DNA of 63,345 nucleotides, the filler included, from Asterionella formosa (Eukaryota): assembly GCA_002256025.1 (NCBI GenBank). It is 27 parts of 27 records of this genome, joined end to end, with 100 filler letters (N's around TTAATTAATTAA, not from the genome) between each part and the next. Parts side by side here need not be neighbours in the genome. Positions count along the whole stretch, not along the records: positions 44,697 to 46,943 come from NKIB01000139.1; positions 47,044 to 49,290 come from NKIB01000140.1; positions 49,391 to 51,635 come from NKIB01000142.1; positions 51,736 to 53,978 come from NKIB01000143.1; positions 54,079 to 56,321 come from NKIB01000145.1; positions 56,422 to 58,663 come from NKIB01000146.1; positions 58,764 to 61,004 come from NKIB01000147.1; 20 more parts are not named here. The stretch is one strand, 5' to 3'. Below the pieces are notes generated by a model. It made no database searches, was not told the origin of the DNA, and saw nothing but the letters and a program-made list of their open reading frames with translations. The translations under genes were made by a program, and so were the position numbers. Shown piece by piece: positions 46,691 to 59,615 of this stretch; the first letter of the stretch is position 1; each line of letters opens with the position of its first letter.

Positions 46691-47121
46691 ATATTACCCT
46701 TGCTGCATTGTAATATTACTATTTTAAAAAAACTTGCTGTAGAGAGGCAAACCTCTTCAGCTAGCTAGGCCTTTGCGACAATACAATGATTCTTGGTCAA
46801 TTTTATTTAGTTGCCGAGATGTTTGCTTCGAGGTTCAGTGAACGAGTTTTTTCACTTCATGTTTATGAAGTCCTATCTGTCATGAAAATTGCCTTTGTGA
46901 CTTATCAAGCCAAGACATTAGGGTGACTCCACCTTTATATGAANNNNNNNNNNNNNNNNNNNNNNNNNNNNNNNNNNNNNNNNNNNNTTAATTAATTAAN
47001 NNNNNNNNNNNNNNNNNNNNNNNNNNNNNNNNNNNNNNNNNNNGCTACTCGGTCCTACAGTATACTCCCATTCGCACTTTTGCTTGACTTCGTACTTCGC
47101 TGCAAGATGGCGAGAAAGAAT

Positions 47122-47592
47122 ATGCGATTCCCAATCATTCTGCTCTCGCTTCTCTGCGTGCTGGCACCAGGCTCTGCCTTTGTGTCGCCTCAGCAATCGA
47201 GCTTCGTCGTCCTGTCGTCACAGACTACGAACTCTCGTTTGTGGGGTGAAAACAACAACAACGACTTCCCTGATAACACGGAGTATAAAGGAGATGTGGA
47301 CTGGGACGCAGAATGGAAAAAGGTCGTGAATGACAAGACTACAAAGACCCGGCCTGGGTCCGATTTTTACAAGACGGACGCTGAGATTACTCTCACCAAG
47401 ACAGTCAACAAGGTTGCTGAAAAGGTTACAGAAGCCCGTTCGCAAATTGATTTGCCTGATATGCGTTGGAATTCATTAAAAGGTGATTGGAGGTTTTGGT
47501 TGGCCATTTTGGTCATTTTGAGTGTGGGAACTTCCATCTTGAATGGAGCTGCAATGTCGCAGACATATTCTCCAGATTCGTATTACATATAG
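47122..47592 (+). CDS. Small plastid-targeted membrane protein (bipartite presequence)
   Basis: Signal peptide MRFPIILLSLLCVLAPGSA-F (ASAFAP-type cleavage), S/T/Q-rich transit region, VDWDAEWKKV motif and a C-terminal TM helix. Alternative start at 47107. Confidence 0.8.
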   Translation: MRFPIILLSLLCVLAPGSAFVSPQQSSFVVLSSQTTNSRLWGENNNNDFPDNTEYKGDVDWDAEWKKVVNDKTTKTRPGSDFYKTDAEITLTKTVNKVAEKVTEARSQIDLPDMRWNSLKGDWRFWLAILVILSVGTSILNGAAMSQTYSPDSYYI

Positions 47593-48396
47593 ATTTCCGG
47601 TGTTCGTCACGACGTCCCCCTTTTTCCCTTATGATTCCATTACAATACTTCATTTCAAGGCCACAACAAATCGAAAGCTCATGGGAGAAGCACACGCACA
47701 CATGCAGAAAGTAGTGATTCGAAATAAATTGCAGTTGTAAATTCAACATGTCAGCAGGCGACAACACAGTTTTAGAATCGAAATGTTTGTACAACATTTA
47801 GCACAATGACTATGACGAGCCCCAGCTTCGCTATGCCAAACGATTCTAGGTCTCTTGTGTGTTGTTTAGTGGAGAATTGAGATATTTCTCTTTCTCTTAC
47901 ATAGTTAAGGTATTGTAGAATACAACACTTCCACATTTAAATGAAAATACTTTGTCACTAATGGTTTGATACCCATTAGGCGAAGCATCTCCTTGAAGAC
48001 TCTACTTGACTCATGATACGACCATCTACTGGATTCGTATGGACATTTTAGGTTTTATTCAATGAGGAGACAACTATCTATCAAAAACACATCCTCATTG
48101 AGCCCGACAAAGGTAATGAAATAACAGACATGGCACAGAATTCTGTTTGTTTTGTCTTGTCAGTTGTCAATTCAAGTACCACACAGGACAGGAGGCATAT
48201 GAAAGCTATAGTACACCAGGAAATTCTGTCCCTGCATTTCTCCCGTCCTAGCTCGTTGACCGGGCAAGTAGCACAATAGCTTGTACATGAAGTCATTACT
48301 ACCATATGTACATATAAAGCGTGGCGGTGTGACAGAAAGTAGTACCAGTAAGTGCAATATATAGTACTACATCAAGAGTGAGCTTAGTTTTTCTTT

Positions 48397-49056
48397 CTAT
48401 AGAAGCCACAGTTTCCTTAACGAGGCTTTGCGAAGGTGATTTCCAGTGGCTCGAACCGTTCTGTCAGGCGCAGCTTTGTCGATAATCGTTTCATTTTGGG
48501 TTGATCCAAGAGAATTCAACGCCTCAGTAAATAGAGATTTGTTCGAGATGTCCACAGAATCAATGCTTATTGATGCCATTGTCGAGCTTGAAGCTGTCAA
48601 AGAAGCAATGTCATTGTTAATCTGACTCATTGTATCTGTGGTCAACTCGGATATTTCATTAATGGTTTGCGTCACACTTTCCACTATTGTCATGTTAGCG
48701 TCAGCTGAACTCAAGTTCGGATGATGCCTCGCATTGGCGAATTCTCGCTTTTGTTGTGCTTTGTGAACTTCGACATAAAGGAACAAGCCCAGAGGTAGGA
48801 CAAAGAACACCAGTAGGACGTACAATAACATCCTTTTTGGAACTTGGACTCTAAAGCCTCTTTTGGCAGTTGCATCGGTCGTGTCTCGCACACTAAATTC
48901 AAAATTATTCTTGACGCCCAAAAAGGTCCCTCGTCGACTTTCAAGCATGGGAATCATTTCTTCTATAGAATTACGTTGGCGTCTCGTGGAAGTAAATGGA
49001 TTGGTCAGAGATGGCGGATGCTCCTTGCTCGCCTTGTTGTTTTGTGCATTACTCAT
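48397..49056 (-). CDS. Hypothetical single-pass membrane protein
   Basis: Complete 219-aa ORF; TM MLLYVLLVFFVLPLGLFLYV after a basic PKR; S/T-rich lumenal tail. Confidence 0.7.
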   Translation of the reverse strand: MSNAQNNKASKEHPPSLTNPFTSTRRQRNSIEEMIPMLESRRGTFLGVKNNFEFSVRDTTDATAKRGFRVQVPKRMLLYVLLVFFVLPLGLFLYVEVHKAQQKREFANARHHPNLSSADANMTIVESVTQTINEISELTTDTMSQINNDIASLTASSSTMASISIDSVDISNKSLFTEALNSLGSTQNETIIDKAAPDRTVRATGNHLRKASLRKLWLL

Positions 49057-51735
49057 TGTTGAAATTATCTGTTTGAGATTGAAGTATAGATGTTATTGTA
49101 ATGATTCTAAAAGCAAGTGTCAATCAAGAAGGCGCTCTGTTCCCGTTGCTCAGCTTGTGGTTCGGTAAGAACAATTGTTTCGATTAATTATTTGTCCTTT
49201 TTCCTTGCCTGGATTTGTTCTTGGTCACTAATCCGACTTGGGAGTCAATCAGGGAAAGTGAGAAAGGAAATCAAGTGCAGCTATTAGTCANNNNNNNNNN
49301 NNNNNNNNNNNNNNNNNNNNNNNNNNNNNNNNNNTTAATTAATTAANNNNNNNNNNNNNNNNNNNNNNNNNNNNNNNNNNNNNNNNNNNNAACGTGATTG
49401 TTGTTCACTACTTGGGCGAGAGGAGGGCGGTCGCTCCTGCTGCTGCTTCCTGGTCGCAGATGGTGTTCGGTGCATGATGTCAATGGATTTTTCAATGAGG
49501 ATTTTGAGGAATGTGCGCAATTATCGTCTTGTTCTTTGGTTAAATATCTTTGTCATGTGCTGTAATAAATGGGTCATTCATTGTTTATCATGAGCATGTA
49601 AAAATGCCGGTATACACATCTCTTACGTTGCATCTCCACGGATACCAGTATATAAAAAAACTCCTTACGGGACCCTCCGCTTCACAAGTCGCTCCACATT
49701 TGGGGTTCAGCCAATCATAATTTCTCCGAAATATATCATTGCCGGTACTAGGTAATATTTTTACGTGTGTGATGACCCTGTAGATGGTGATGTAACATTT
49801 TATACACGTGGTTAAAATTAGTGGTGCATCTTCCTATGAATAGCGCTCTGTAGTAATCCCCTATCAAGATCTTTCTCGCGCCAATCGTTTGCAGACTACA
49901 ACAGTACTGTTATTTTATTCTGCCATAAAAATATTGTCTACCGTTATTTCCATTCAGACACTCCTAGACTACATCTAGTCTTCGGACATCTGTCGATATC
50001 AACAGCCTAATAACCACACATTCGAGATGTACATCATATACAGATGTTATTATAGTTTGTATTTACTGCTATTTGTCTCACCATCCACAGCTATGCATAC
50101 CATAGCACTTCCTGGCATTGCCAACAACCCTCTTGTTCATATAGCAGTACTTACTTACCAACCCAGTCCCAGTTATCATCCCAACAAACATAGTACAGTA
50201 GTGACAGCTGGAATGTGGGGATCAGTACCAGTTTTATTTGTCAATATGGTACAACGAGAGCTGTCTTTAGTAGTCACACACACCCAAAACCCCAAGACTA
50301 ATACTCAGTTCATGTTATTAGCCTAAGTTGACCACAAGGTAATTTCGAATAATGGTATATACATACAACATATATGTTTTCATATTCTAATATGTGTACA
50401 TAATGTTGTGTAAGACTAGGCAACAAGGTTGTAAACTAAACATCATGGAATGACAAAACACTGAAAATCTTGTGAGGAATCAGCAATTCAAGCAGCCTTT
50501 AACTTGTTGGTGTTGTTGTCAGCACCACCAACAAAGCCAGCAGCCTTTCTTGTCAAATCAATTTTCTACAATGAGGAGTGTTCATCTGGTGAATGTGATA
50601 AGACTTGAATGAACCTTCACCACATATATGATCAACCAAAACCATCATCAGACAGCGCTGTGTTGGTTTTGAGGAATAATGATTGTGTTGTTGCACCAAG
50701 TAGCTAGTCTTCTGGTAGTACTAGAAGCTAGTCCAATGTGTTGTATATGTTGAACTTGTAAAGGAATTACTTGTAACATCAAATAATTCCATTCTGCATT
50801 TGTCAATATAGTAAGAATATGAATCAACACATGGAAACTTAAGTTTCTAGTGTTGTGGTCTATGTAAATGTAACAACAGCAGAAAGTGTATGGAACAATA
50901 GCTAGTTATTCTATTGACACTATAATTATTTTTGTTTTATTCGGTTTCCTGCTAATATTTGAGTGGCTAGCTGATGTAAAACAGCATTTGCTGATTTGTA
51001 CAGCCATGCACACAATGAATATATGTACGTTAAATTGGTTTCCAGACACTTAGCCAAATCAGGGAGGACGCTACAACTATCAAACATTCCCAAACATTCA
51101 ATTCTGCCAACTAACTTAGGCTTGATTTGCATAATTACCATATTTCCCAGAGGAAGAAATATTCATGCAGACAAGCACACAACCCAACAGATATTCCAAG
51201 GATGGCATTTTAAGAAAGACAGTACTAACAGGAAAAGACTATTTGAAAGGATTGTCAAATTTTTGAACAATGGTGGGAAAGTGTCATTGCTTCGATCAAA
51301 ATATATCCATCCCTTGCTGGATGCAACTCACCAATACTTTGAATACTTAACTTATTGTTGTTGTTTCAAGATTTTACCTAATTACCCATTCATGATTAAG
51401 TTCACTGCAAATTATTAATTTCAGGTTAGAGTTGGTTGTGCTTACATTATACTTATGCTAAACTGTTGAGTTTCTTGCCACATTGTCACATTTTATATTG
51501 ATGTAGTGTTTTTTTTGAAAGAAAACATATTCTTGAGTCCAGATGTCATCTTTTCAATAGACTCACTCACTGGGTCATATGAAGTATTGTTACAAGAGAC
51601 TGTGCGGAAATGTTTGTCTTTTCGGCATTGACGAANNNNNNNNNNNNNNNNNNNNNNNNNNNNNNNNNNNNNNNNNNNNTTAATTAATTAANNNNNNNNN
51701 NNNNNNNNNNNNNNNNNNNNNNNNNNNNNNNNNNN

Positions 51736-53978
51736 AGACGATGTCATGGCACTCCATAGGATTACATTTCAATCTATTCTAGAATGTGTATTTGAAGGAG
51801 CACGAAAAGCAAGGACAAATCCAAAAACCAGATCAATTTGTCTCTGCCGACAGGAAATAAATTTATTAGATATCAGATAAATGTATTAGATATCAGGACA
51901 GCTCTTAATATTTAAGTTCTCTCGTATTGGAGTAATAAGGCTAGGCATATTGACTGCGGTAATCAATGTAGTCGATTTAACATACACATTGCAGAAATGA
52001 TTACAATGGCGTTATTATTTTTGAACATCAACTTTGTCCTTGAGATTATTCTTGGAGGCCTTTCCCAACCGTCCGAAAGTTCATCTGTACCATGTGCCAA
52101 TCACTCCATTTGATGTCACGATTGTTTATCTTCGTATTAAAATTACGATTATACATCCGAAAGGTGTCCTATGGATGATTGTCAAAGTATCTCAAAAAAA
52201 GATGCATTTCGTAGACCGTGCATCCAACTTCTGAACTCCAATTCATATAGTTCTTACAAAGCCAACTCGCCCAAATTGTTTGAAGCAGAGTCTGGCCTCC
52301 TCATGTTCATGTCTCCATCGACCATGTCATCTGGTCTTTCTTAGTGTCCAAATTCGCAACCTTATTCATCAATTTGCAGCTGTGTGTTTTGCTTCCGACC
52401 ACAATAACTCCTGAAATTCATCCGAGCAGTTCGCACTCAACATGATTTCTAAAGCGCGCTGAGCGATGCACCGTAATAAAGCCATGTTCCACAAAACTAT
52501 TGTGTTGCGGAGTGTGAGGGGAATCAACTACACCTTAATACTATGATTTTCACGTATTTTTTTCAGCTGCTTGCTGTTCTCACCTGCGTCATCACATCAT
52601 ATGCATTTTGTCTTATCCCCAGCCTTCAATCTTGTAAGTAGACCATAAATAGCCATATTGGTCACTCTTCATCTTAATAAGATGGCTCCGGCGTTTCTTC
52701 AGCATACTGGCATGATCTACAGGCTTATTTTACAACAAAATAAGCAATATATAAATATTCAGGTCATAAAAGTATGTATAGATTTGTAATCTATAAAATT
52801 CACTTATGTTGAGATTGGGAAGCAGACGAAAGCAAGCAAACACACTTTCTTTCCAATGATTGCACTCAAATGTATAATTTTTCTTGTTTGCTAAAATTTA
52901 GGAGCATGAACAAAGTTAAGGCACATTTAAAACAGTAGCAACATGTTTGGTCAACGTGAATTGTAATAAAATTGAAATTAAATTTTATAGTTCATTAAAG
53001 CTATCCAATAATTGCACTTGTGCCCACATTTTTAATGGAAACAATTAATACCGGTTTTGTTCATCCCTACAGTACAACGGCTCCTCTCTTTTCTTCAACC
53101 GCACCCCCCGGAGCCCTAGGGACTACAGGTATATGAAAAAGACAGGTGAAGAATGCAGGAATCGAACCCGCCACCACAGTGGGTGTGTTAACCACTAAGC
53201 CATTCCCCCACGTGAATTGTAAAAAATACATTAGCTCCATTAAAAAGTTTCTGTTGTGCTTGCTATTGCCTCTATTTATGTATTGTAAATATGTTATTTG
53301 CTTGTTCCTGTTTATTTTCGTCTTTATACTGAGTCATTTTTGTCCATTGACAATCAATATGTTATCATGAAATCTTAACAGAAATATAAATTACAAACTT
53401 ACATAAAAAGTTGATGTAAACAATTATGGATTTGCTAGATATTTAGTAGAAAAAGAGATCTGACATTCCTTGGATTAACTCATTGTGCTTTATCAGAAAC
53501 TTTTTTGCAAAGAGTGTAATGGCCCATCTTGATTTCCTGTAGCAGAGTTTGCTTTGGGACCGCTTATATCAATAAATCAATGTTTGGCAGGTGCTGTAGG
53601 TTTTTCCATAGTAATTTTAGATAACAGCTTAGCTAGCTTTTACCTGCACCTCAAAATTTCCGGAAAATTAGCAACCAAGTAATTGGCCATGTCTAGGAGA
53701 CATATTTCTCCCACTTGCTCCAACACATCATGGTCCTTGTTCACATCCGCAATCATCACCTTTTTCGTAATTTGATGCTGTCATGAATATTCTAATTACA
53801 TTTTACTTTTTTTTTTCTTTGTTTCGACTTTCTTCCACTCAGTTTCATTGTATTCTTCTTTCGTTAATGTCATACTCTCGTCGACTTGTTGAATTTTTTA
53901 CAAAGCCGCAATCTTGATTAGAGGAGTTCCATAGATGTGCTACATTGCTCCAAATCATCTCGTTTGATCCCTCATACA
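51736..53978 (-). pseudogene. Degenerate Ty1/copia integrase region interrupted by an about 800-bp insertion
   Basis: Minus-strand remnants FIDISGP (about 53557-53580), KMKSD, CDDAGEN, TPQHNSFVE and LWSEA. Unrelated AT-rich sequence lies between about 52720 and 53518. Confidence 0.7.
53147..53209 (-). pseudogene. tRNA-like Pol III element lacking a normal anticodon arm
   Basis: A box TGGCTTAGTGG, B box GGTTCGATTCC, T-stem GCGGG/CCTGC, acceptor-like GGGGAAT/ATTCTTC and a downstream T5 terminator. Only about 63 nt long. Confidence 0.7.
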
Positions 53979-54078
53979 NNNNNNNNNNNNNNNNNNNNNN
54001 NNNNNNNNNNNNNNNNNNNNNNTTAATTAATTAANNNNNNNNNNNNNNNNNNNNNNNNNNNNNNNNNNNNNNNNNNNN

Positions 54079-54997
54079 TGTTGAATTATATCGTTCACAT
54101 ATTCATTGATTTTACGTACCGTATGCCCAATTTCGTCCTCATAAATATAGTTCTCACTCTATCTTGCCTGCCTTTGCTCTATTCGGGCTTGCAATAGGCA
54201 ACGTTTGTCTTTCTTTGATCCCATCGTCTGCTGCTTGTTATGCTAGTTGAAGCGGATCGGTGAGTACAACAGTGAAATACTGAATGTGGATTGTAGATTG
54301 TATTTATCGACTTTCCGATTTGATTGCTTCCGTGGTTAGTTTTGATCGCTTCCATCGTTGTTTGTCGTTACGCACTGTCGTTTTGTTTCGATTGTACATA
54401 TCTACATAAGAACCAATGCATTTATCAATGACTACTCATTGAAGATGTGGTATTGTGCCGTTGTTGATCGCATTTGTTGATTTGTATAGTCATTGACAAT
54501 GATGTCAATATTGCCGCCAAACAATGCTTTTCTTGTACTATCGCGCATTGCAACATTTCTACTGCGAGTTCGTATCAGAAGCTACATGAATACTCAGCTA
54601 GAGAGAGTCAATAGTTCTGGAGCAGCATGGCGATCATGCTTGCTCAGAATGGAATGATCAGGGTTGCCTGTTTGGTGGGCGGAGAGGAATGACTGTGGCG
54701 GAAATACTGCTACTGGTGTCTGGGATAATAGCTATCTCAATGTATGAGATTGGACTATAGTCTGAAGGTAATCTAGCTAACAACGTACTTTCGGAAGTAA
54801 ATTCTAGATATTGTGAGTTAGATTAATCTGTACTATATTGACTTTGGGAGTCAAAGAGTAATCGAAACTGATGGCAGTTGACACATTGGAACAAGTGTGG
54901 ATATAATAAAATATATACCGGTAACTGCAGCAAAGAAACAATGGAAGCCAATGACGTGTGACGTCATAAAAGTTACCATGATATAGAATATCACACA
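54079..54997 (-). mobile_element. Probable 3' LTR of a copia element
   Basis: Starts TGTG directly after the polypurine tract GAGGGAG (54998-55004). The contig ends in ...TCAACA on the minus strand, so the distal boundary is tentative. Confidence 0.6.
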
Positions 54998-55052
54998 CTC
55001 CCTCGTGAAGAAGCAGAAGAAGGGGCAAAGAAAGATGAGACAGCAGAAAAAA

Positions 55053-56321
55053 CTACCAACCCATAAGTTTCTGCCTTAGGTAGATAAAAGTAACGGCTGG
55101 TAATGGTTTAGTAAAGATATCGGCAACTTGATCAAAAGTAGCGATAGAGAAAATCTTTGATGAGGCCCGAAGTGACGTGCGAACGGAAGTGATGGTACTT
55201 CAGACCAATATGTCTAGTGCGAGGTCGAGTTTTGTGGTTGAGAGCAAGGGCAAGGGCGCCGGCATTATCTTCAAATAACGAACAAGAAAGGAGTGCTTGA
55301 TGCGTAGGGAAAATGAAAACCTGTTGAAGTTCAGCGATGATGTTAAGAAGAGGAATGACATCACGGAGAGATTGCGAGAGGCCGATGTATTCAGCCTCAG
55401 TAGTAGAAAGGGCCACTTCACTCTGCACTTCGGAAAGCCAGAAAATGGGGCAACCAGCATAACAGATGACAAAACCAGTGCGTGACATCACTGAAATCGG
55501 CTCCTGGGCATCGCCAACATTCCAGAGAGGCCAGTAAAGTCAGCATCAATGTAGCAGTGAAGAGATTGAGAAACATCTGGCCGATAAATAATGCCTTTGT
55601 CAGCAGGGCCAGCTAAATAGCAAGCAATGCGTTTGACAGCCTGCTCATGAGATAGCTTGGGATCGAGGCAGAAACGAGCACATTGATGAACCGCGAAAGA
55701 CGTATCAGGGCGGGTGCTGGCAGCAATATAGTTGAGAATGCCAATGGCAGAACGATAATTCCAGGGTTGCTTGCGAGGTGGGCCATTGACGTCGGAGTGA
55801 AGGAGGCCTTTGTGAATGACTGGTGTAACATGCGTTTTGGAACCGTCTCGAATACCAAGAAGATCGAGGACACGCTGAATCAAAGCGGGTTGTGTGAGGT
55901 GAATGGTGCCGTCAGAATGTTTAGAAACAAGAATACCAAGGTAGTCTGCAACATCGCCCTCGTCAGTCAAGATAAAGTTGGATTGGAGGGAGAGAAAGAG
56001 AGAGGAAATAGAAGCAGCAGTACGGGAAAAGAGGAGGCAATCATCGACAAACACAAGAAAAATAAAATCAGATTTGATGAAACAGCTACAATCAACTGAA
56101 GATTGGTGGAACCCACGATCTCCAAGTCATGCTGGCCTGTTTTAAACCGTAGAGATTCTTCTTGAGGAGGAGAACGGAGGAAATGGGACCTTCTTCAAAA
56201 CCCTGGGGAAGGTTCATGTAAATAACAACATCAAGATCGGCTTGAGGAAAAGCTAAGACAAAATCAACCTGACGGGTATGGAGATTTTCAATGGAAGCAA
56301 TGATAAGAAGAAGGCGAACAG
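55053..56321 (-). pseudogene. Ty1/copia RT-RNase H, frameshifted
   Basis: Motifs VDFVLAFPQADL, LYGLKQA, FVDD, YRSAIGILNY, ALSTTEAEY, FEDNAGA, RTRHI, QVADIFTKPL and LMGW-stop. Confidence 0.93.
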
Positions 56322-56499
56322 NNNNNNNNNNNNNNNNNNNNNNNNNNNNNNNNNNNNNNNNNNNNTTAATTAATTAANNNNNNNNNNNNNNNNNNNNNNN
56401 NNNNNNNNNNNNNNNNNNNNNAACAAGGTCCATTATTTTAGCTACCTGTTATTCTTATTTTTCTCTCGCCAACACAGCACTGCAACGACAGTAAATATC

Positions 56500-56989
56500 A
56501 TGGATCTGTGTGACAATAACGACGAGGACAAATGTAAATTCTGCGGTAAAGGTCCTTTTAAATCAATTCGTGGTCATCACAGACACAGCCCCTCGTGTGG
56601 GCAACAATATATGATTCAATCTCAGATTCAAGCATCGCAGACATCATCAACGGTAGCGACTTCTCCAAGAGATGGACGACACCGCCCACTCTCAAGACCC
56701 CCTTGCAAAATTCCTGAAACAATCGCCAGCAGCCATTGATTTCGTTCAAACAGTTTGTTTTGATGCCGATGACTATGATAATGGTTCATTCCTTGATAGT
56801 TTAGTAGATCATGATGCTGCTGCTATTAATGGTCCAATCATTCAGAACGGAGAAATAAACGACATTATAAACCCTACCAACTTCCGATTTTGCCAAGAAG
56901 ATCCAGGTACAGCCTACACACAAAAGGATGTTGTAAAAACGGAGCTACTTAGCATTTTACTTGGTAGTAGGTCACCATCAGATAAATAG
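56500..56989 (+). pseudogene. Frameshifted zinc-finger N-terminal fragment, possibly of a Plavaka/CMC-like transposase
   Basis: CKFCGKGPFKSIRGHHRHSPSC followed by an acidic region and ELLSILL; truncated. Confidence 0.35.
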
Positions 56990-57031
56990 TTGAACAACCT
57001 TGTGATAATTAGTTGAATGAACTCCAGAAAA

Positions 57032-58478
57032 TTACGTGAACAAATTTAATACATTTACTGAGCTATTTTCATATTTGGCAATTGAAAAGTTGAAGGAAAT
57101 AAGATTCCTCACCTGTAAGGGCACCCCACCAGTCACCTTTAATATTTCTTTGCCGTCATTCCGTGTAGCCACTTCATTAAAGGCAAGCTTAATTTCTGCC
57201 AAATTCATTTTGCAAGGGTGATCATACTCCACAAACCCTTGATACCTTTCCCTGAAGGCAATCTCGTTGCTTGCGGAAGCTGAAATGATGGAGACAATGC
57301 GGCTTCCCTTCAATATACTGTCGATTACACTAAAAGGAAAGGGAAGCGAACCCAGATCAAAATATTTGTTTAGCTCTGGTCGAGCAAACAATCTGTTGAT
57401 CTGATCGAAAACGAGGACCCATTTCTTGTTCATATGTTGAAGAATCAAGTCAATGGCATTGACAAAAGTTTTCAGATCTCTCGAATTTTCGATATCATTT
57501 GAACAGATCTTCCACTTGAGAGCCGGTAAGGAAGTACCAAATGATCTACAGATTGCAGTGTACAACTCGTCCACACCCTTCCATTGTTGACAGTCTGGAA
57601 TGAAAGTTACGAGGTACCTACAGCTGTTGTTATATTGCAGCGTACGAACCAAGTTGACAAGTGAGTGCGACTTGCCAATTCCATGCGGTCCTTTGATCAT
57701 GATTCCAGTCCGACGCTTTTTCCTGAAGGCATCTTCAACAACTTTCATCATTTCCTCTACAATTTTAGGGCGATATAAGATTCCCCTACTAACACTGTCA
57801 TCGAACTGCAGCTGTTGGACATTTTCGATCCAGTAACTTTCAGTTGTGAAAAAGGCGGGTAAAGTAGGAACAGAAGGAGGTAAAGTAGCACCAGAAAGAG
57901 GTAAGGTAGGGTCAGAAGGAGGTAAAGTAGGAATAGAAGGAATTTGTTTCGGATCAATCATGTAGATATGCATTGTCTTTGGAATTCTTCGCACTTGCTG
58001 ATCCGCCTCCAAGCGCTTGAAATGAACGTTGAGCTTCTCCTTTATAAGCTATATTAAGGACGAGGCTTCCTCCTGGTCATAATCTTGATTCCACTCCTTC
58101 TTCAAGTCATCAAATTGAAGTTTGAGCCTCTCGTCTATAACCTTTATTAAGGAGACTTCCTCCTGCTCATCATTTTGTTTCTGGCGTTTCGTCGTTCCTT
58201 GGTCTTTCCAACAGTAGCGAGTATTTGTATGGGATAAATGATACGAAATGATACGTGAGTATTAGGAGCTGTGACCTACAATACAATAGAAGGTATTCCA
58301 TGAGATCAAAATACGTACCAATATCAGGTGCAACAATCACGAACGCATTCTTTCTGCTAGATCCCCAATTCAGATGAACAACCGGACCTTCAGGTATCAG
58401 GTTTGGATCATCAGCTCCCTCAGAAACCGGCACTTGAGTTCCAGGTGGGTACACACGGAGCTGCGCTGAATCTATGGC
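57032..58478 (-). pseudogene. Crinkler-like gene: Ubl-like header, intron 58318-58204, repeats and P-loop NTPase; in-frame TAG at 58051-58049, both ends truncated
   Basis: Header DSAQLRVYPPGT...FVIVAP. The intron GTACGT...TACTCAC...AAG splices in frame. Four 21-bp PTLP repeats at 57858-57941. Walker A IKGPHGIGKS and Walker B-like VLVFDQ. Confidence 0.7.
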
Positions 58479-58479
58479 A

Positions 58480-58663
58480 CTCAGACTATACGATAGTTTC
58501 GAAGAAGCGATGGCTTTATGGTTAGACGATCGTTTACCAAATGAGAGTTTTCAACATCAACGACAATGGATGCTACGTTATTTATCTAAACCCTTTTCCA
58601 TGTTGGTAATGGATTATGGAGCTTGTATTAAAACTTTAAACAGGCTACTTCAACTAATGCCTC
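58480..58663 (+). mobile_element. Ty3/gypsy gag fragment
   Basis: FQHQRQWMLRYLSKPFSM...IKTLNRLLQLMP resembles the diatom gypsy gag motif QxRYMRxxLxKP...LNxxLxxFP. Confidence 0.55.
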
Positions 58664-59615
58664 NNNNNNNNNNNNNNNNNNNNNNNNNNNNNNNNNNNNN
58701 NNNNNNNTTAATTAATTAANNNNNNNNNNNNNNNNNNNNNNNNNNNNNNNNNNNNNNNNNNNNTGCCTTGCAGACAGTGATGACTGAATACATTGTACTG
58801 TACCAGTTGTATGTCCGCGTCTTCGTCTACAGGTAGCAGTATGCTGTCTGTCATTAATCCAAATATTCAAGGAGTACTGTCACATGCAAAACGTATTAGG
58901 CGCTGTAATTTGATGATACAGAGCGCATTTGCGCTCTTTGAACAATCACTCATCAACATTCACTACTATATAGGTATGCCGGATCAAATATCTTTTATTT
59001 CTGACAAGCAATTTTGGACAAGGAAATTCCAGAGCTGAATGACTATAATGCTAACTCTTCGTTCTTTCTCGCAGTTGTGTGGAAAAATGCAGTTGAATCA
59101 CTGGATGCATCGAATCGGTTTCTGGTACCAAGGTATCGGAACTCGCACGGCGTTTTGTTGAGGGATACATGCACCAAGTTTTTGGAATTCTCGTATAGAG
59201 CAAACAGCCTTTAACGATCTGACAACAGGAATGTAGTAGTTGTGTGGAAGTAAGTTTGTAGTTTACGACCGTGATCATTGCGAATGACATTAAGATCCAA
59301 CAAAAACGCAAAGGCAAGTGTTCCTTGCTTCCAGTTCTAGAGCTCTTATTTTCAATCGAAAGAAAGCTTTACTACAAAGGGAATTGGAATGTGAAAAAAT
59401 CACTTGAATGGGTTTCCTGAAATTCGGGTCGCGATGCATGATTCAATGGTTCCTTACCAAAGGCGGTTTCTCAACGCTTGCTGACTATTTGTCAGTCAGG
59501 ATCAATACACCGCTTTTCCCTTTGTTGGAGTTTTGGCATCAGATTCTGAACGCGCTCGTTTGATGCCGTTCCCAGTCAACAAATTGGAAACGATGACAAG
59601 TCGTCTCCAAAGGAG

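Noticed and set aside
49391..51635. Short ORFs in an AT-rich contig
   Set aside because: No recognisable motifs; probably decayed repeat or intergenic DNA that cannot be assigned.
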